Assembly (NCBI GenBank): GCA_964559295.1
Contig: CAZLGO010000033.1
Span: forward strand, 1 to 17,554
Direction: 5' to 3'
Source: an uncultured Methanobacteriaceae archaeon
GTDB lineage: Archaea > Methanobacteriota > Methanobacteria > Methanobacteriales > Methanobacteriaceae
DNA: 17,554 nucleotides
A model generated the notes under the pieces. The model saw nothing but the letters and a program-made list of their open reading frames with translations, was not told where the DNA came from and did no database searches. Both the position numbers and the translations under genes were made by a program. Every line of letters begins with the position of its first letter. Position 1 is the stretch's first letter. Shown piece after piece: positions 7,790-15,862 of the stretch.

Positions 7790-8903
7790 GGTATACCTCC
7801 AATTTGTAGCTTACCACTTTCTTTTGAGGATCATCTAAGTAGATTTTAAAGTATGATATGCCTCCTGCAGGTATAGTTTCTAAATCAGCATAGGTGTAAT
7901 CCTCAACAACAAAATCACCTGATGAGTCAAAACCTGTAGCATTTAATTGAACAAAACTTAATTCTTTATTTCCTTTGTTCTGGACATAACCCTCAATAAC
8001 TACGTTATTGCTGCCTATTAATGATCTATAACCGGTTGAATTTAAAACAATTAAGTCAGGGTTTTGAGACGATGCGGATATATACCTTATATCAGTTTTT
8101 TCTGTTGTTACTATGTAAAATGATAGAAATATCAATAAACATAACGCTACGATAATTCCTATCTTACGCTTGTTCTGTTTACCCAACCAGACACCAAATC
8201 TTGTAACGCTTTCATATCCACTGATATTGGGAAATATTTGGTTCAGATGGGATGCAATTTTTTTATTTATGATTATTTTAATTTTTTTTGAACCATAATC
8301 GAATTGCAAGCATGGATAGGTTAATATACGTCCTTCACACCAAGTTATTTCGGGATTATCAATCTTATCCAGAGAATAGGTGGTAGGAAGAAGCCTCGTA
8401 AGCTCATACTGCCCCCTCATTGTTTCAAATACCCTGATATAATTCTTGTTCAACTCTATGAAAGTGGGTTGAATAGAAGATCCTGTCTGGAAATATCCCA
8501 CCACATTACTTAAATTATAACCACAATTTAGGCAGTAATTTTCTTCAGGAACTAATTCTTCACATTTTGGGCAGATGGCCCTTTTAACCCGACCAAACAG
8601 GAAAAAAAGGAAAAATGAAAGTATAAAACGCCTAGTGGTAGTAAATAAAAAAATAAGGCTCAATACAAAAATCAAAACCCATAACTCCCATATAAAAGGG
8701 ATGTTTAACTTAGAGGATAGATAAGCATATCCCATCCATAGAAATAAAAGAATAAATCCTATGTATAGGGTAATTTTAAGAATCTTCTTGAAACTTTTTT
8801 CTTCTCTCAGATTTTCCCCACATATATCGCAAATTTTGGCATCATCAGGAAATTTTTTTCCGCACTTTGGACAGAAAACCATAGAATTACTTTTTGATAT
8901 CAT
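7785..8903 (-). CDS. Double zinc-ribbon membrane protein with FxLYD-like C-terminal domain (function unknown)
   Basis: 372 aa. N-terminal zinc ribbon CPKCGKKF...CDICG. Two TM helices. Second zinc ribbon CPKCEELVPEENYCLNCG. Another TM segment. C-terminal beta-rich domain ending ...IPAGGISYFKIYLDDPQKK (FxIYLDD, FxLYD-like). The true start is probably the internal Met (MVFCPKCG, ATG at 8880-8882), because a TTTAATATAA TATA box sits at 8904-8913, ~27 bp upstream of it (leaderless). Confidence 0.6.
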   Translation of the reverse strand: MISKSNSMVFCPKCGKKFPDDAKICDICGENLREEKSFKKILKITLYIGFILLFLWMGYAYLSSKLNIPFIWELWVLIFVLSLIFLFTTTRRFILSFFLFFLFGRVKRAICPKCEELVPEENYCLNCGYNLSNVVGYFQTGSSIQPTFIELNKNYIRVFETMRGQYELTRLLPTTYSLDKIDNPEITWCEGRILTYPCLQFDYGSKKIKIIINKKIASHLNQIFPNISGYESVTRFGVWLGKQNKRKIGIIVALCLLIFLSFYIVTTEKTDIRYISASSQNPDLIVLNSTGYRSLIGSNNVVIEGYVQNKGNKELSFVQLNATGFDSSGDFVVEDYTYADLETIPAGGISYFKIYLDDPQKKVVSYKLEVYL

Positions 8904-8913
8904 TTATATTAAA
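8904..8913 (-). promoter_or_regulatory. TATA-box-like element (TTTAATATAA on the minus strand) placed to give a leaderless transcript starting at the second Met of the zinc-ribbon gene
   Basis: Overlaps/abuts the first annotated ATG (8901-8903). ~27 bp from the ATG at 8880-8882. Confidence 0.35.
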
Positions 8914-9171
8914 TCTATTGATTGAGTTGATATCCATATAGTTTTTCTATTACGCTTAACAGATTAAGGGAGGTATATCAATCATTGTTGTTTATTATGG
9001 TTAAGAACGTATTTATTGAAAATATTTCATAAAAATCTTGGAAATGGCTTGCGGTTGCTCAAAAAGCTTTTAAGATATGCTCCTCTCCAAGACTGCCTGA
9101 GAGATGGTTATCTAAGGAATTTTGTATTATTCTGCTTATCAACATGAAGAATAAAACAAAAAAACTATTAG

Positions 9172-9789
9172 TTAAAATCTCTTTACAAACTCATAAGCAC
9201 ATTTTACATGATCAGATCCGTTATCAACCCAAGGTCCATGTCCTGGAAGAAGATATTGGATATCCAACTTATTGAGCCTCTCTAAAGATTTCTTCATCAT
9301 TTTTAGGTCTCCTCCAACATCCACTCTCCCAAAACTCCCATTTGCAAAAACCGTGTCTCCTGATATTAAATTTTCCCCATCATAAAGACAGATACTTCCT
9401 CTTGTGTGCCCTGGTGTATGAATAACCTCGAATCCATGGATTTTATCGCCTTCATTCAAATGAAAATCAACTTTCATCTCTTCAATTGATTTTCCAAACA
9501 TGTAAGCGAGAGTTGCGGCACCATCGCCATTTTCTAATGCATAAGCATCCTCTTTATGTATGGCAATTTTTGCATCGAAGTATCTGTTTCCACCCACATG
9601 ATCGAAATGACAGTGAGTATTTACAATCAATGATAAATCACCAGGGGTAAAACAAGCTTTTTTAAGTGAATTAAACAAATAGTTAATGTTTTCTCCAGTT
9701 CCAGTATCAACAATCACGTCATTAAAAATATAAACATTGGAATCAAAGCCTATTCCTTCTACAATAATGATATCGTTGATCTTTTTCAT
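9172..9789 (-). CDS. MBL-fold metallo-hydrolase (metallo-beta-lactamase superfamily)
   Basis: 205 aa. THCHFDHVGG (HxHxDH), downstream HTPGHTRGS and DTVF...GHG ligand positions in canonical order. Confidence 0.9.
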   Translation of the reverse strand: MKKINDIIIVEGIGFDSNVYIFNDVIVDTGTGENINYLFNSLKKACFTPGDLSLIVNTHCHFDHVGGNRYFDAKIAIHKEDAYALENGDGAATLAYMFGKSIEEMKVDFHLNEGDKIHGFEVIHTPGHTRGSICLYDGENLISGDTVFANGSFGRVDVGGDLKMMKKSLERLNKLDIQYLLPGHGPWVDNGSDHVKCAYEFVKRF

Positions 9790-9844
9790 TTTCTCAACCT
9801 GAAGATCATACTTTCTGTTTTAGAATTTAGAAAAAAAGAAGTGA

Positions 9845-9983
<139 letters not shown>

Positions 9984-10035
9984 AAAAGGATTTTAGATGT
10001 TTTTGGTTGGATCTACGACATATAGACATTTAAAA

Positions 10036-10107
<72 letters not shown>

Positions 10108-10131
10108 CTGATAATTAAGTTATATTTGTTG

Positions 10132-10141
10132 ATATTTAAAT
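10132..10141 (-). promoter_or_regulatory. TATA-like box (ATTTAAATAT on the minus strand) ~30 bp upstream of the tRNA-Cys 5' end
   Basis: Position and sequence fit an archaeal TATA box. A second TTTTAAAT right after the tRNA-Cys 3' end (around 10028-10035) may serve tRNA-Trp. Confidence 0.35.
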
Positions 10142-10498
10142 CTTACGGGTGTTTATATTGCATATGTGATTTTGCAAAACTCGTGATGTTCTGATAAAAG
10201 CTCAGTTCACAATATAAATGACCCAATAAGTATCCCATATGATTTCGCGGATGAAATAAATTGCCAAATGCAATTTTACGGATCTTTGATTTTCTATTTT
10301 ATTTGTTGTTAAATGAAGTTTATAGCCAGTAAACTTTAGAATTGGAAAAGCAAGTGAACCGATTTCATGCTTTTAACCCTATCTCTTAGCCATTATTAAA
10401 TAAAAATCAGTAATAATTTCCCTTATCGTATTTACAAATTTGTTTATCGCCTTCAGAAAAATCTTGACACTTAAATCAAAAGGGTGCTGGGATTTTTG

Positions 10499-10753
10499 TC
10501 AGGTGGCAAATATATATTTTGACCCGATGCCCTCCAATTTCCTGACAAATCTTCTGACTATAAGCGGAACACCGCCATATGGTTCATAATAAACCGGAAA
10601 CACGATCCCGATCACGTCTGCATCGGTTTTTATTCTTTCTTTATCCATTATCGAAGGTATGGGAATTAACTTTCCATTAGTTTTTCTAGCAATATCCCTT
10701 GCTACAGCTAAGGAGTTCCCTGTACCTGAAAAATAATAAATTTCAGTGCTCAT
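10499..10753 (-). CDS. Truncated flavodoxin-like protein (N-terminal FMN-binding half only; EFR1/flavodoxin-type P-loop YFSGTGNS)
   Basis: 84 aa: MSTEIYYFSGTGNSLAVARDIA...IGIVFPVYYEPYGGVP...KYIFAT*. This is beta1-alpha1-beta2-beta3 and the start of beta4 of a flavodoxin fold, roughly half the normal length. It stops at TGA, and the same frame stays open for 39 more codons. No Shine-Dalgarno. 12 nt after the upstream flavodoxin gene. Confidence 0.5.
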   Translation of the reverse strand: MSTEIYYFSGTGNSLAVARDIARKTNGKLIPIPSIMDKERIKTDADVIGIVFPVYYEPYGGVPLIVRRFVRKLEGIGSKYIFAT

Positions 10754-10765
10754 AATTGCGACAAA

Positions 10766-11236
10766 TTACAATGAGAACAGTGCGCTGAATTTTGCAGCCA
10801 AATCAGCAATCTGCTTTTCACGCTTCCCTCTCCAAACCACGATCCCGGTTCCGATGACTGTTCCACCTTTGGATTGGCATATCTTTTTCATTTTGGATAT
10901 TGCTTGATTTCCTCCAGTCCAATGAAACGGTAACCCCTTGGTGACGAAACATGCGATTTTTTTATCTTGAAGCGATGAAAGTTGAGTCATATATGCTGTC
11001 ATTACCGCCGAAAGAGAAAATGCCTGTACTGGAGCGCCAAAAATCAGAGCATCATAAACACTAACATCGGGCAGCGTTTTGAATTTGATATTTTTTGCTC
11101 TAGGGCGCACTTCGCCAGCTGGTATTACTTTTTCGATGTTCACCGAATGTCCAGCTTCCAAAAACTTTTCTTTGAGCTTTTGAGCAACAGAATACGTATT
11201 ACCAGTTTGGGAATGAACAATAATTCCTATTTTCAT
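10766..11236 (-). CDS. Flavodoxin family protein
   Basis: 156 aa. MKIGIIVHSQTGNTYSVAQKL (flavodoxin phosphate-binding loop T/SxTGxT) and typical length. Ends in TAA. Confidence 0.85.
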   Translation of the reverse strand: MKIGIIVHSQTGNTYSVAQKLKEKFLEAGHSVNIEKVIPAGEVRPRAKNIKFKTLPDVSVYDALIFGAPVQAFSLSAVMTAYMTQLSSLQDKKIACFVTKGLPFHWTGGNQAISKMKKICQSKGGTVIGTGIVVWRGKREKQIADLAAKFSALFSL

Positions 11237-12390
11237 GATATATTCCTCGTTTAAAGATTTTTCATGCCAAAATTTTTTTTATTAGTATACTTTTATCTAC
11301 ATTTAGTTATTCTACCGTCTTGTTAATAAGACTATGCATTATATTTTTCTATCTTCGTCACTTCTTGCGTAAGAGTGTCTCCGCCACTTCCTTTGGCTGG
11401 GTAAGCATACAGGTATGTACTGTATCCAGTTCAAAGATCTCCCATTTCTCCTTTTTGGCCTTAGCCTCCTAGTCTTTAACAGCTTTCTTGCTGATTTCTA
11501 TGAATTCACTCTTTTTGCAGCGTATATAGGTTTTTTGGAATTTACTTTATTTTGTCCTCATCATGGTTCGATAAAAGGCTGGAACGGATCAAGGCCAAGT
11601 ACTATTCTGTACCTACTTGGTAGAATTCAAAATAGTCAAATAGCGACTTTCCATTCTAGGAATAAGAATATCAATGTGTATTAAGTGATGAATCCTCTCA
11701 GGGATTTTATCAGCAACACCAGTGATAACCAGACACTGTAACTATGCCCAACCAGGATCACGTTCTCAACGTCTTTTTTTCTACCAAGTCACATACCTCC
11801 AAGATGTGATTAGTCAGACTACTGGTTTTTTCATCGGATAAAGTCAGAGCAAAAATATGTGACCATTTTCCTTAAGATATAAAACAAAATTATCCCAAAC
11901 GAACTTGTCAACACCTCTTCATGTACTAAAGCGTAATTTGCTATAAATAAACTTTCCTTTATTTTATAGTGAAGTACCAAATGTTTTAAACTATTTACTT
12001 AATAAATCGGAAAATATGGTTTTAAACTGGTTTAAAAACATTTATTAGAATTTTCTTTGATCTATAAATCTATAAAATTACGTTCTTCACTATTTATTGT
12101 TTTATCCATAATTAAAAATTGAATCAAATACTCCATCTTTCTCTTATACAGGTTTAAATGTCTTTAGAATGGAATTTCCAATTTCTTTACCCTTAAACTA
12201 TTTTGAAAATATCTCTATCTGCTCATATATCAATTCTAAAACTTTAAAGGAATCATGTTTATCTAAAACCAGTTTTTCGAACCTCATCGTGATTATACTC
12301 CTTCTCATTGGTTTATATTATTGATGGAGCGAATTATTAGATCTAAATCCGAATTTATGCTGAGATCAAGGGAAAGTTATTATTAGTAAT

Positions 12391-12400
12391 CTTATATACA
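12391..12400 (+). promoter_or_regulatory. TATA-like box CTTATATACA ~25-30 bp upstream of the polB ATG (leaderless arrangement; same motif as the trkH promoter)
   Basis: TTATATACA recurs upstream of trkH (2781-2790) at the same distance from the start codon. Confidence 0.35.
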
Positions 12401-12423
12401 GGGTTAATATAAAATAAATACGT

Positions 12424-14223
12424 ATGGAAACTAAAAAATTCGTGCTTTTAGACATCGATTATGTAACAGAAGATGAAAGAGCTGTTGTGAGACTATTTGG
12501 AAAACTGCAGGGAGAATCCGACCAAGAATCTATAATAGCATTAGATAGAAATTTCAAACCCTATATTTACGTTATTCCGCATGATATGGACAGGTGCATC
12601 AGACAAATAAGCGAACTTGAAATAGAGGATATCGAAAAGGTTGAGAAAAAAGATTTGGGCAAAAAAATAGAGGTTTTAAAGGTTGTTTTAAAACACCCTC
12701 AAAATGTTCCAAAGTTAAGGGAAAAGATAAAGAACCTCAGTGAAGTTGATGAAATTCGAGAACATGATATTCCTTTCTATAGAAGATACTTAATTGACAA
12801 TGGTATTTTCCCAATGGGTGAGGTTGAAGTTTCAGGTAAGTGTTTATCCACAAATTCCACTTCTAAAATTTTATCAAAAGATCGTAACCTCTGTATCTTT
12901 GAAATTGAAGGAAAACCAAAGCATATAGAGGCTGGATATCCTGATCTTAAAATTCTAAGTTTTGATATTGAAGCAAGAAATCCAAAGGGAATGCCACGTC
13001 CAGAAAAAGACGAAATAATAATGATAAGCTTTGCAAGCAATTTTGGGTTTCAAAAGATACTCTCCACCAAAGAATCCTCTTTTGATTTTGTTGAAACCTT
13101 AAAAAATGAAGAAGAGATGATAAAAAGATTTATAGAGATCATAAATTCCCAAAACCCAGATTTGATTGTGGGTTACAACTCAGACAACTTTGATTTTCCC
13201 TACATCAAAGAGAGAGCGAAAAAACATGGCATATCCCTTAATATAGGGATGGATGGTTCTTCCCTTAAATTTTTAAGGAGAGGATTTACATCAGCTGCTA
13301 CGATACGGGGCAGAATTCATATTGATCTTTATCTTCTAATGAGGCGTTATATCAAGCTTGATCGCTATACCTTAGAGAGGGTCTATTTAGAACTTTTTGG
13401 GGAAGAGAAGAAAGAGATTAGGGGAGATGACCTCTGGAAATACTGGGATAAAGGTGGAAAATGGCTTGAAACACTCTTTGATTATTCATTGGACGATGCA
13501 GTTGCCGCCCTGAAAATAGGTGAGAAGACCTTACCCCTTAGCATGGAACTTACAAGAGTTGTAGGGCAGCCATTTTTTGATGTTACCAGAATGGCATCTG
13601 GACAGATGGTTGAGTGGTTTTTAATAAGAAAAGCATTTGAATATAACGAAATAGTACCCAATAAACCATCGCATGCAGAATACGGAAGAAGAAGAAGCAG
13701 ACGTATTGCCGGGGGTTATGTAAAAGAACCTGAGAAGGGTCTTCATGAGAATATAGTAGCTTTTGATTTTAGAAGCCTCTATCCAAGTATAATAATCTCA
13801 AAAAACGTCTCGCCAGATACTTTAGTGAAGGATGAAATTGATAAGGAACATTACGTCGCCCCTGAAGTTGGACATAAATTTCTAAAAGAACCTAAAGGTT
13901 TTGTACCGTCTGTAATAGGGAATCTACTCACCGAAAGAGTGAAGATAAAGAGCATGATGAAGGAATGTGAGGATCCAACAGAATATAAGATTTTGGATGT
14001 GCAGCAAGAAGCTCTAAAAAGACTTGCAAATTCTATGTACGGTGTTTATGGTTTTCCAAGATTTAGGTGGTACTGTGTAGAGTGTGCTGACGCCATAACT
14101 GCTTGGGGGAGAGATTACATTAAAAAAACAATGAAAAAAGCTGAAGATTTCGGTTTTAAGGTTATATATGCTGATACCGATGGGTTTTATGCTACCTACC
14201 AGCCAGCACCAAATAAAGGTTAG
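12424..14223 (+). CDS. polB: Family-B DNA polymerase, large N-terminal fragment (exonuclease domain plus polymerase motifs A, B, C). It ends 12 aa after motif C, so it is a split PolB (PolB1-like) or a truncated gene.
   Basis: 599 aa. Exo I ILSFDIEA. Exo [17 protein letters not shown]. Exo [16 protein letters not shown]. Pol motif [15 protein letters not shown]. Motif [23 protein letters not shown] (KxxxNSxYG). Motif [12 protein letters not shown] (YxDTD). Stop (TAG) is followed by stops in all three frames. No KxY/thumb region in the window. No intein. Confidence 0.88.
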   Translation: METKKFVLLDIDYVTEDERAVVRLFGKLQGESDQESIIALDRNFKPYIYVIPHDMDRCIRQISELEIEDIEKVEKKDLGKKIEVLKVVLKHPQNVPKLREKIKNLSEVDEIREHDIPFYRRYLIDNGIFPMGEVEVSGKCLSTNSTSKILSKDRNLCIFEIEGKPKHIEAGYPDLKILSFDIEARNPKGMPRPEKDEIIMISFASNFGFQKILSTKESSFDFVETLKNEEEMIKRFIEIINSQNPDLIVGYNSDNFDFPYIKERAKKHGISLNIGMDGSSLKFLRRGFTSAATIRGRIHIDLYLLMRRYIKLDRYTLERVYLELFGEEKKEIRGDDLWKYWDKGGKWLETLFDYSLDDAVAALKIGEKTLPLSMELTRVVGQPFFDVTRMASGQMVEWFLIRKAFEYNEIVPNKPSHAEYGRRRSRRIAGGYVKEPEKGLHENIVAFDFRSLYPSIIISKNVSPDTLVKDEIDKEHYVAPEVGHKFLKEPKGFVPSVIGNLLTERVKIKSMMKECEDPTEYKILDVQQEALKRLANSMYGVYGFPRFRWYCVECADAITAWGRDYIKKTMKKAEDFGFKVIYADTDGFYATYQPAPNKG

Positions 14224-14251
14224 AAGTTACTAAAGTCCGTAATTTTTAGAT

Positions 14252-14446
14252 GTGTTTAAAATGAACTGTGTGGATATATGTCCCCCAAAGGCATTTACAG
14301 GACGACCTTTCAGAAAAGAAGAACCTCGCAAAGTGCGATATGATGCAAGAAAGTGTGAGAAATATTTTGAAGAGACTGAAAAAACAATAGGATTGGCTGT
14401 TTGTGGTCTATGTCTCTGTGTATGTCCGCATGGGAGAAAAAAATAG
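14252..14446 (+). CDS. Small Cys-rich ORF, ferredoxin-like remnant or hypothetical protein
   Basis: 64 aa (GTG start; ATG at 14261 gives 61 aa). CVDICPPKAF resembles the tail of a 4Fe-4S CxxCxxCxxxCPxxA motif. CGLCLCVCP is a compressed second cluster motif. The N-terminal cysteines of the first cluster are missing. Squeezed between the polB stop and the convergent nitroreductase. Confidence 0.3.
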   Translation: MFKMNCVDICPPKAFTGRPFRKEEPRKVRYDARKCEKYFEETEKTIGLAVCGLCLCVCPHGRKK

Positions 14447-14467
14447 GTATATTAACTTATTCGAGTA

Positions 14468-14980
14468 TTATTTGTATTTCTCATAGCATACAATTTCATC
14501 AAGGGTTTTTCTTGGTCTTTGAGCCGGAGATTCGTCTGCATATCCTACCACAAACATTGCCGGAACCCTGATGTCTTCAGGAATATCTAAAACCCTTTTG
14601 ACTGCATTTTCATCGAATGCGCCCAACCAGCAGGTTCCAAGACCAAGTTCTGTGGCTTCTAGAATCATGAATGAAACTGCAATTGAAAGATCAACGGTGT
14701 ATGCATATTGACCGCAGGGCATCACCCTTTCAGATTCTGTTGAACAGGCTACGATTGTAACTGGTGCTTCTCCCACAAATCTCTGCCCATGAGCTGCTTT
14801 AACAAGTTTTTCTCTTGTCTCTTTGTTTTTTACCACGATAAATTTCCATTCCTGTCTGTTAGCGGCTGATGGAGCAATTCTACCTGCTTCTAATATTTTT
14901 TCTAGTTTTTCTTCCTCGATTTCTTTACTTTTATATTTCCTAATACTTCTTCTGTTTTTTACGGCTGTAAAAACATCCAT
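14468..14980 (-). CDS. Nitroreductase-family FMN-dependent oxidoreductase
   Basis: 170 aa. N-terminal [10 protein letters not shown] (nitroreductase RRSxR signature), APSAANRQ and ...[10 protein letters not shown] in canonical order. Confidence 0.92.
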   Translation of the reverse strand: MDVFTAVKNRRSIRKYKSKEIEEEKLEKILEAGRIAPSAANRQEWKFIVVKNKETREKLVKAAHGQRFVGEAPVTIVACSTESERVMPCGQYAYTVDLSIAVSFMILEATELGLGTCWLGAFDENAVKRVLDIPEDIRVPAMFVVGYADESPAQRPRKTLDEIVCYEKYK

Positions 14981-15027
14981 AAAATCTCTCCTTTATTCTA
15001 TAACATTTTTAGAATCTTATGGCGGTT

Positions 15028-15795
15028 TCATAGTGATTCAACCAACTTAACGATTTTTGCTGCAAAAACTCCAGCGCCAAAACCATTGTCTATATTAACA
15101 ACCGCAATTCCAGGTGCACAGGACTGCAACATTGAAAAGAGTGCTGTAAATCCTCCCTCTCCAACACCATATCCAACTGATGTGGGAACTCCAACCACAG
15201 GGATATCCACAAGCCCAGCCACAACAGAAGGCAGAGCACCTTCCATTCCAGCAACCACGATCAAAACTTTAACGTCCTCCTCAAGCAGCTTCCTTATGTG
15301 GGAGAAAAGCCTGTGAACTCCTGCAACACCAACATCATAAACTGTCAAAACTTCACAACCAGCTTCCTGGGCTATTATCCTCGCCTCTTCTGCGACTGGG
15401 ATGTCTGATGTTCCGGCTGTTATTATCCCGATTCTGCCTACCTTTTCTACCTCATGGTCTTTAACTACAAGGACTTTTGCCTTTTTGTGATATTTTATTT
15501 TAAATCCTCTATCTTTTAATACGCCTAAGTGTCCTCTTATTGCATCGTATCTTTTATTTTCAAGTCTTGTTATCAAAATATGTCCCTTTTTAGCAAGTTC
15601 TGATATGATCTTTACAATTTCATCCTCTTCTTTACCTTCAGCCAAAATAACCTCTGGAATCCCTGTTCTAACATCTCTCCCCATATCGAGCTTTGCAAAA
15701 TCCTCTAATTCCTCAATATGCATTGTTTTAAGCATTTTTTCAGCTTCTTTAAGTGAAATGTCTCCTTTTTTAAGTTTTTCAAGTATCCTTCTCAT
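15028..15795 (-). CDS. larB: LarB, nickel-pincer nucleotide cofactor biosynthesis protein (PurE-like P2CMN synthase)
   Basis: 255 aa. [15 protein letters not shown], then a PurE-like C-terminal half [17 protein letters not shown]...[16 protein letters not shown]...[11 protein letters not shown]...[17 protein letters not shown]. This matches characterised LarB almost motif for motif. Confidence 0.87.
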   Translation of the reverse strand: MRRILEKLKKGDISLKEAEKMLKTMHIEELEDFAKLDMGRDVRTGIPEVILAEGKEEDEIVKIISELAKKGHILITRLENKRYDAIRGHLGVLKDRGFKIKYHKKAKVLVVKDHEVEKVGRIGIITAGTSDIPVAEEARIIAQEAGCEVLTVYDVGVAGVHRLFSHIRKLLEEDVKVLIVVAGMEGALPSVVAGLVDIPVVGVPTSVGYGVGEGGFTALFSMLQSCAPGIAVVNIDNGFGAGVFAAKIVKLVESL

Positions 15796-15862
15796 GATAT
15801 CACTAATCTATATAAAGTTAAATATAAATCTATTAAAGATATTGTGTTCTTGAGGTGTAGAG
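15796..15862. promoter_or_regulatory. 67-bp divergent promoter region between larB and hypF (multiple TATA-like boxes; GAGGTG Shine-Dalgarno for hypF)
   Basis: tctatataaagttaaatataaatctattaaag contains TATA boxes in both orientations. GAGGTG lies 6 nt before the hypF start. Confidence 0.4.

Noticed and set aside
9984-10035. Mobile-element integration at the tRNA-Trp/tRNA-Cys pair (att-site duplication)
   Set aside because: No direct repeat of either tRNA 3' half was found elsewhere in the window, and no integrase or transposase-like ORF is present. The neighbouring flavodoxin decay and gene-free region are noted but insufficient evidence.
10499-10501. Possibility that TGA is recoded genome-wide (Trp, Gly or Sec), given the in-frame extendable TGA in the flavodoxin fragment
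   Set aside because: Several well-supported genes here terminate at TGA exactly where homologous proteins end: the metallophosphoesterase at 294 and the DUF457 hydrolase at 5939. No SECIS-like structure or Cys-homologous context is visible.
10982-11254. 90-aa plus-strand ORF
   Set aside because: Antisense to the intact flavodoxin gene.
11415-11684. 89-aa plus-strand ORF in the 1.2-kb non-coding region
   Set aside because: No recognisable motif, hydrophobic low-complexity translation, and no Shine-Dalgarno or TATA at a sensible distance. Kept only as part of the unexplained-region finding.
11600-11700. RNase P RNA or SRP RNA in the 1.2-kb intergenic region
   Set aside because: Only a weak GGAAAGTCG match to the P4 consensus on the minus strand, with no flanking GC-rich helices. 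No SRP domain-IV motifs. Not supportable without a covariance-model search.
12777-13040. 87-aa minus-strand ORF
   Set aside because: Antisense within polB.
12424-14223. Intein in polB
   Set aside because: Motifs A, B and C and their spacing are uninterrupted. The protein is short because it stops after motif C, not because of an insertion.
14823-15853. ORFs 14823..15050(+), 15086..15316(+), 15605..15853(+)
   Set aside because: Antisense to the nitroreductase and larB genes. Ser/Pro/Thr-rich nonsense.
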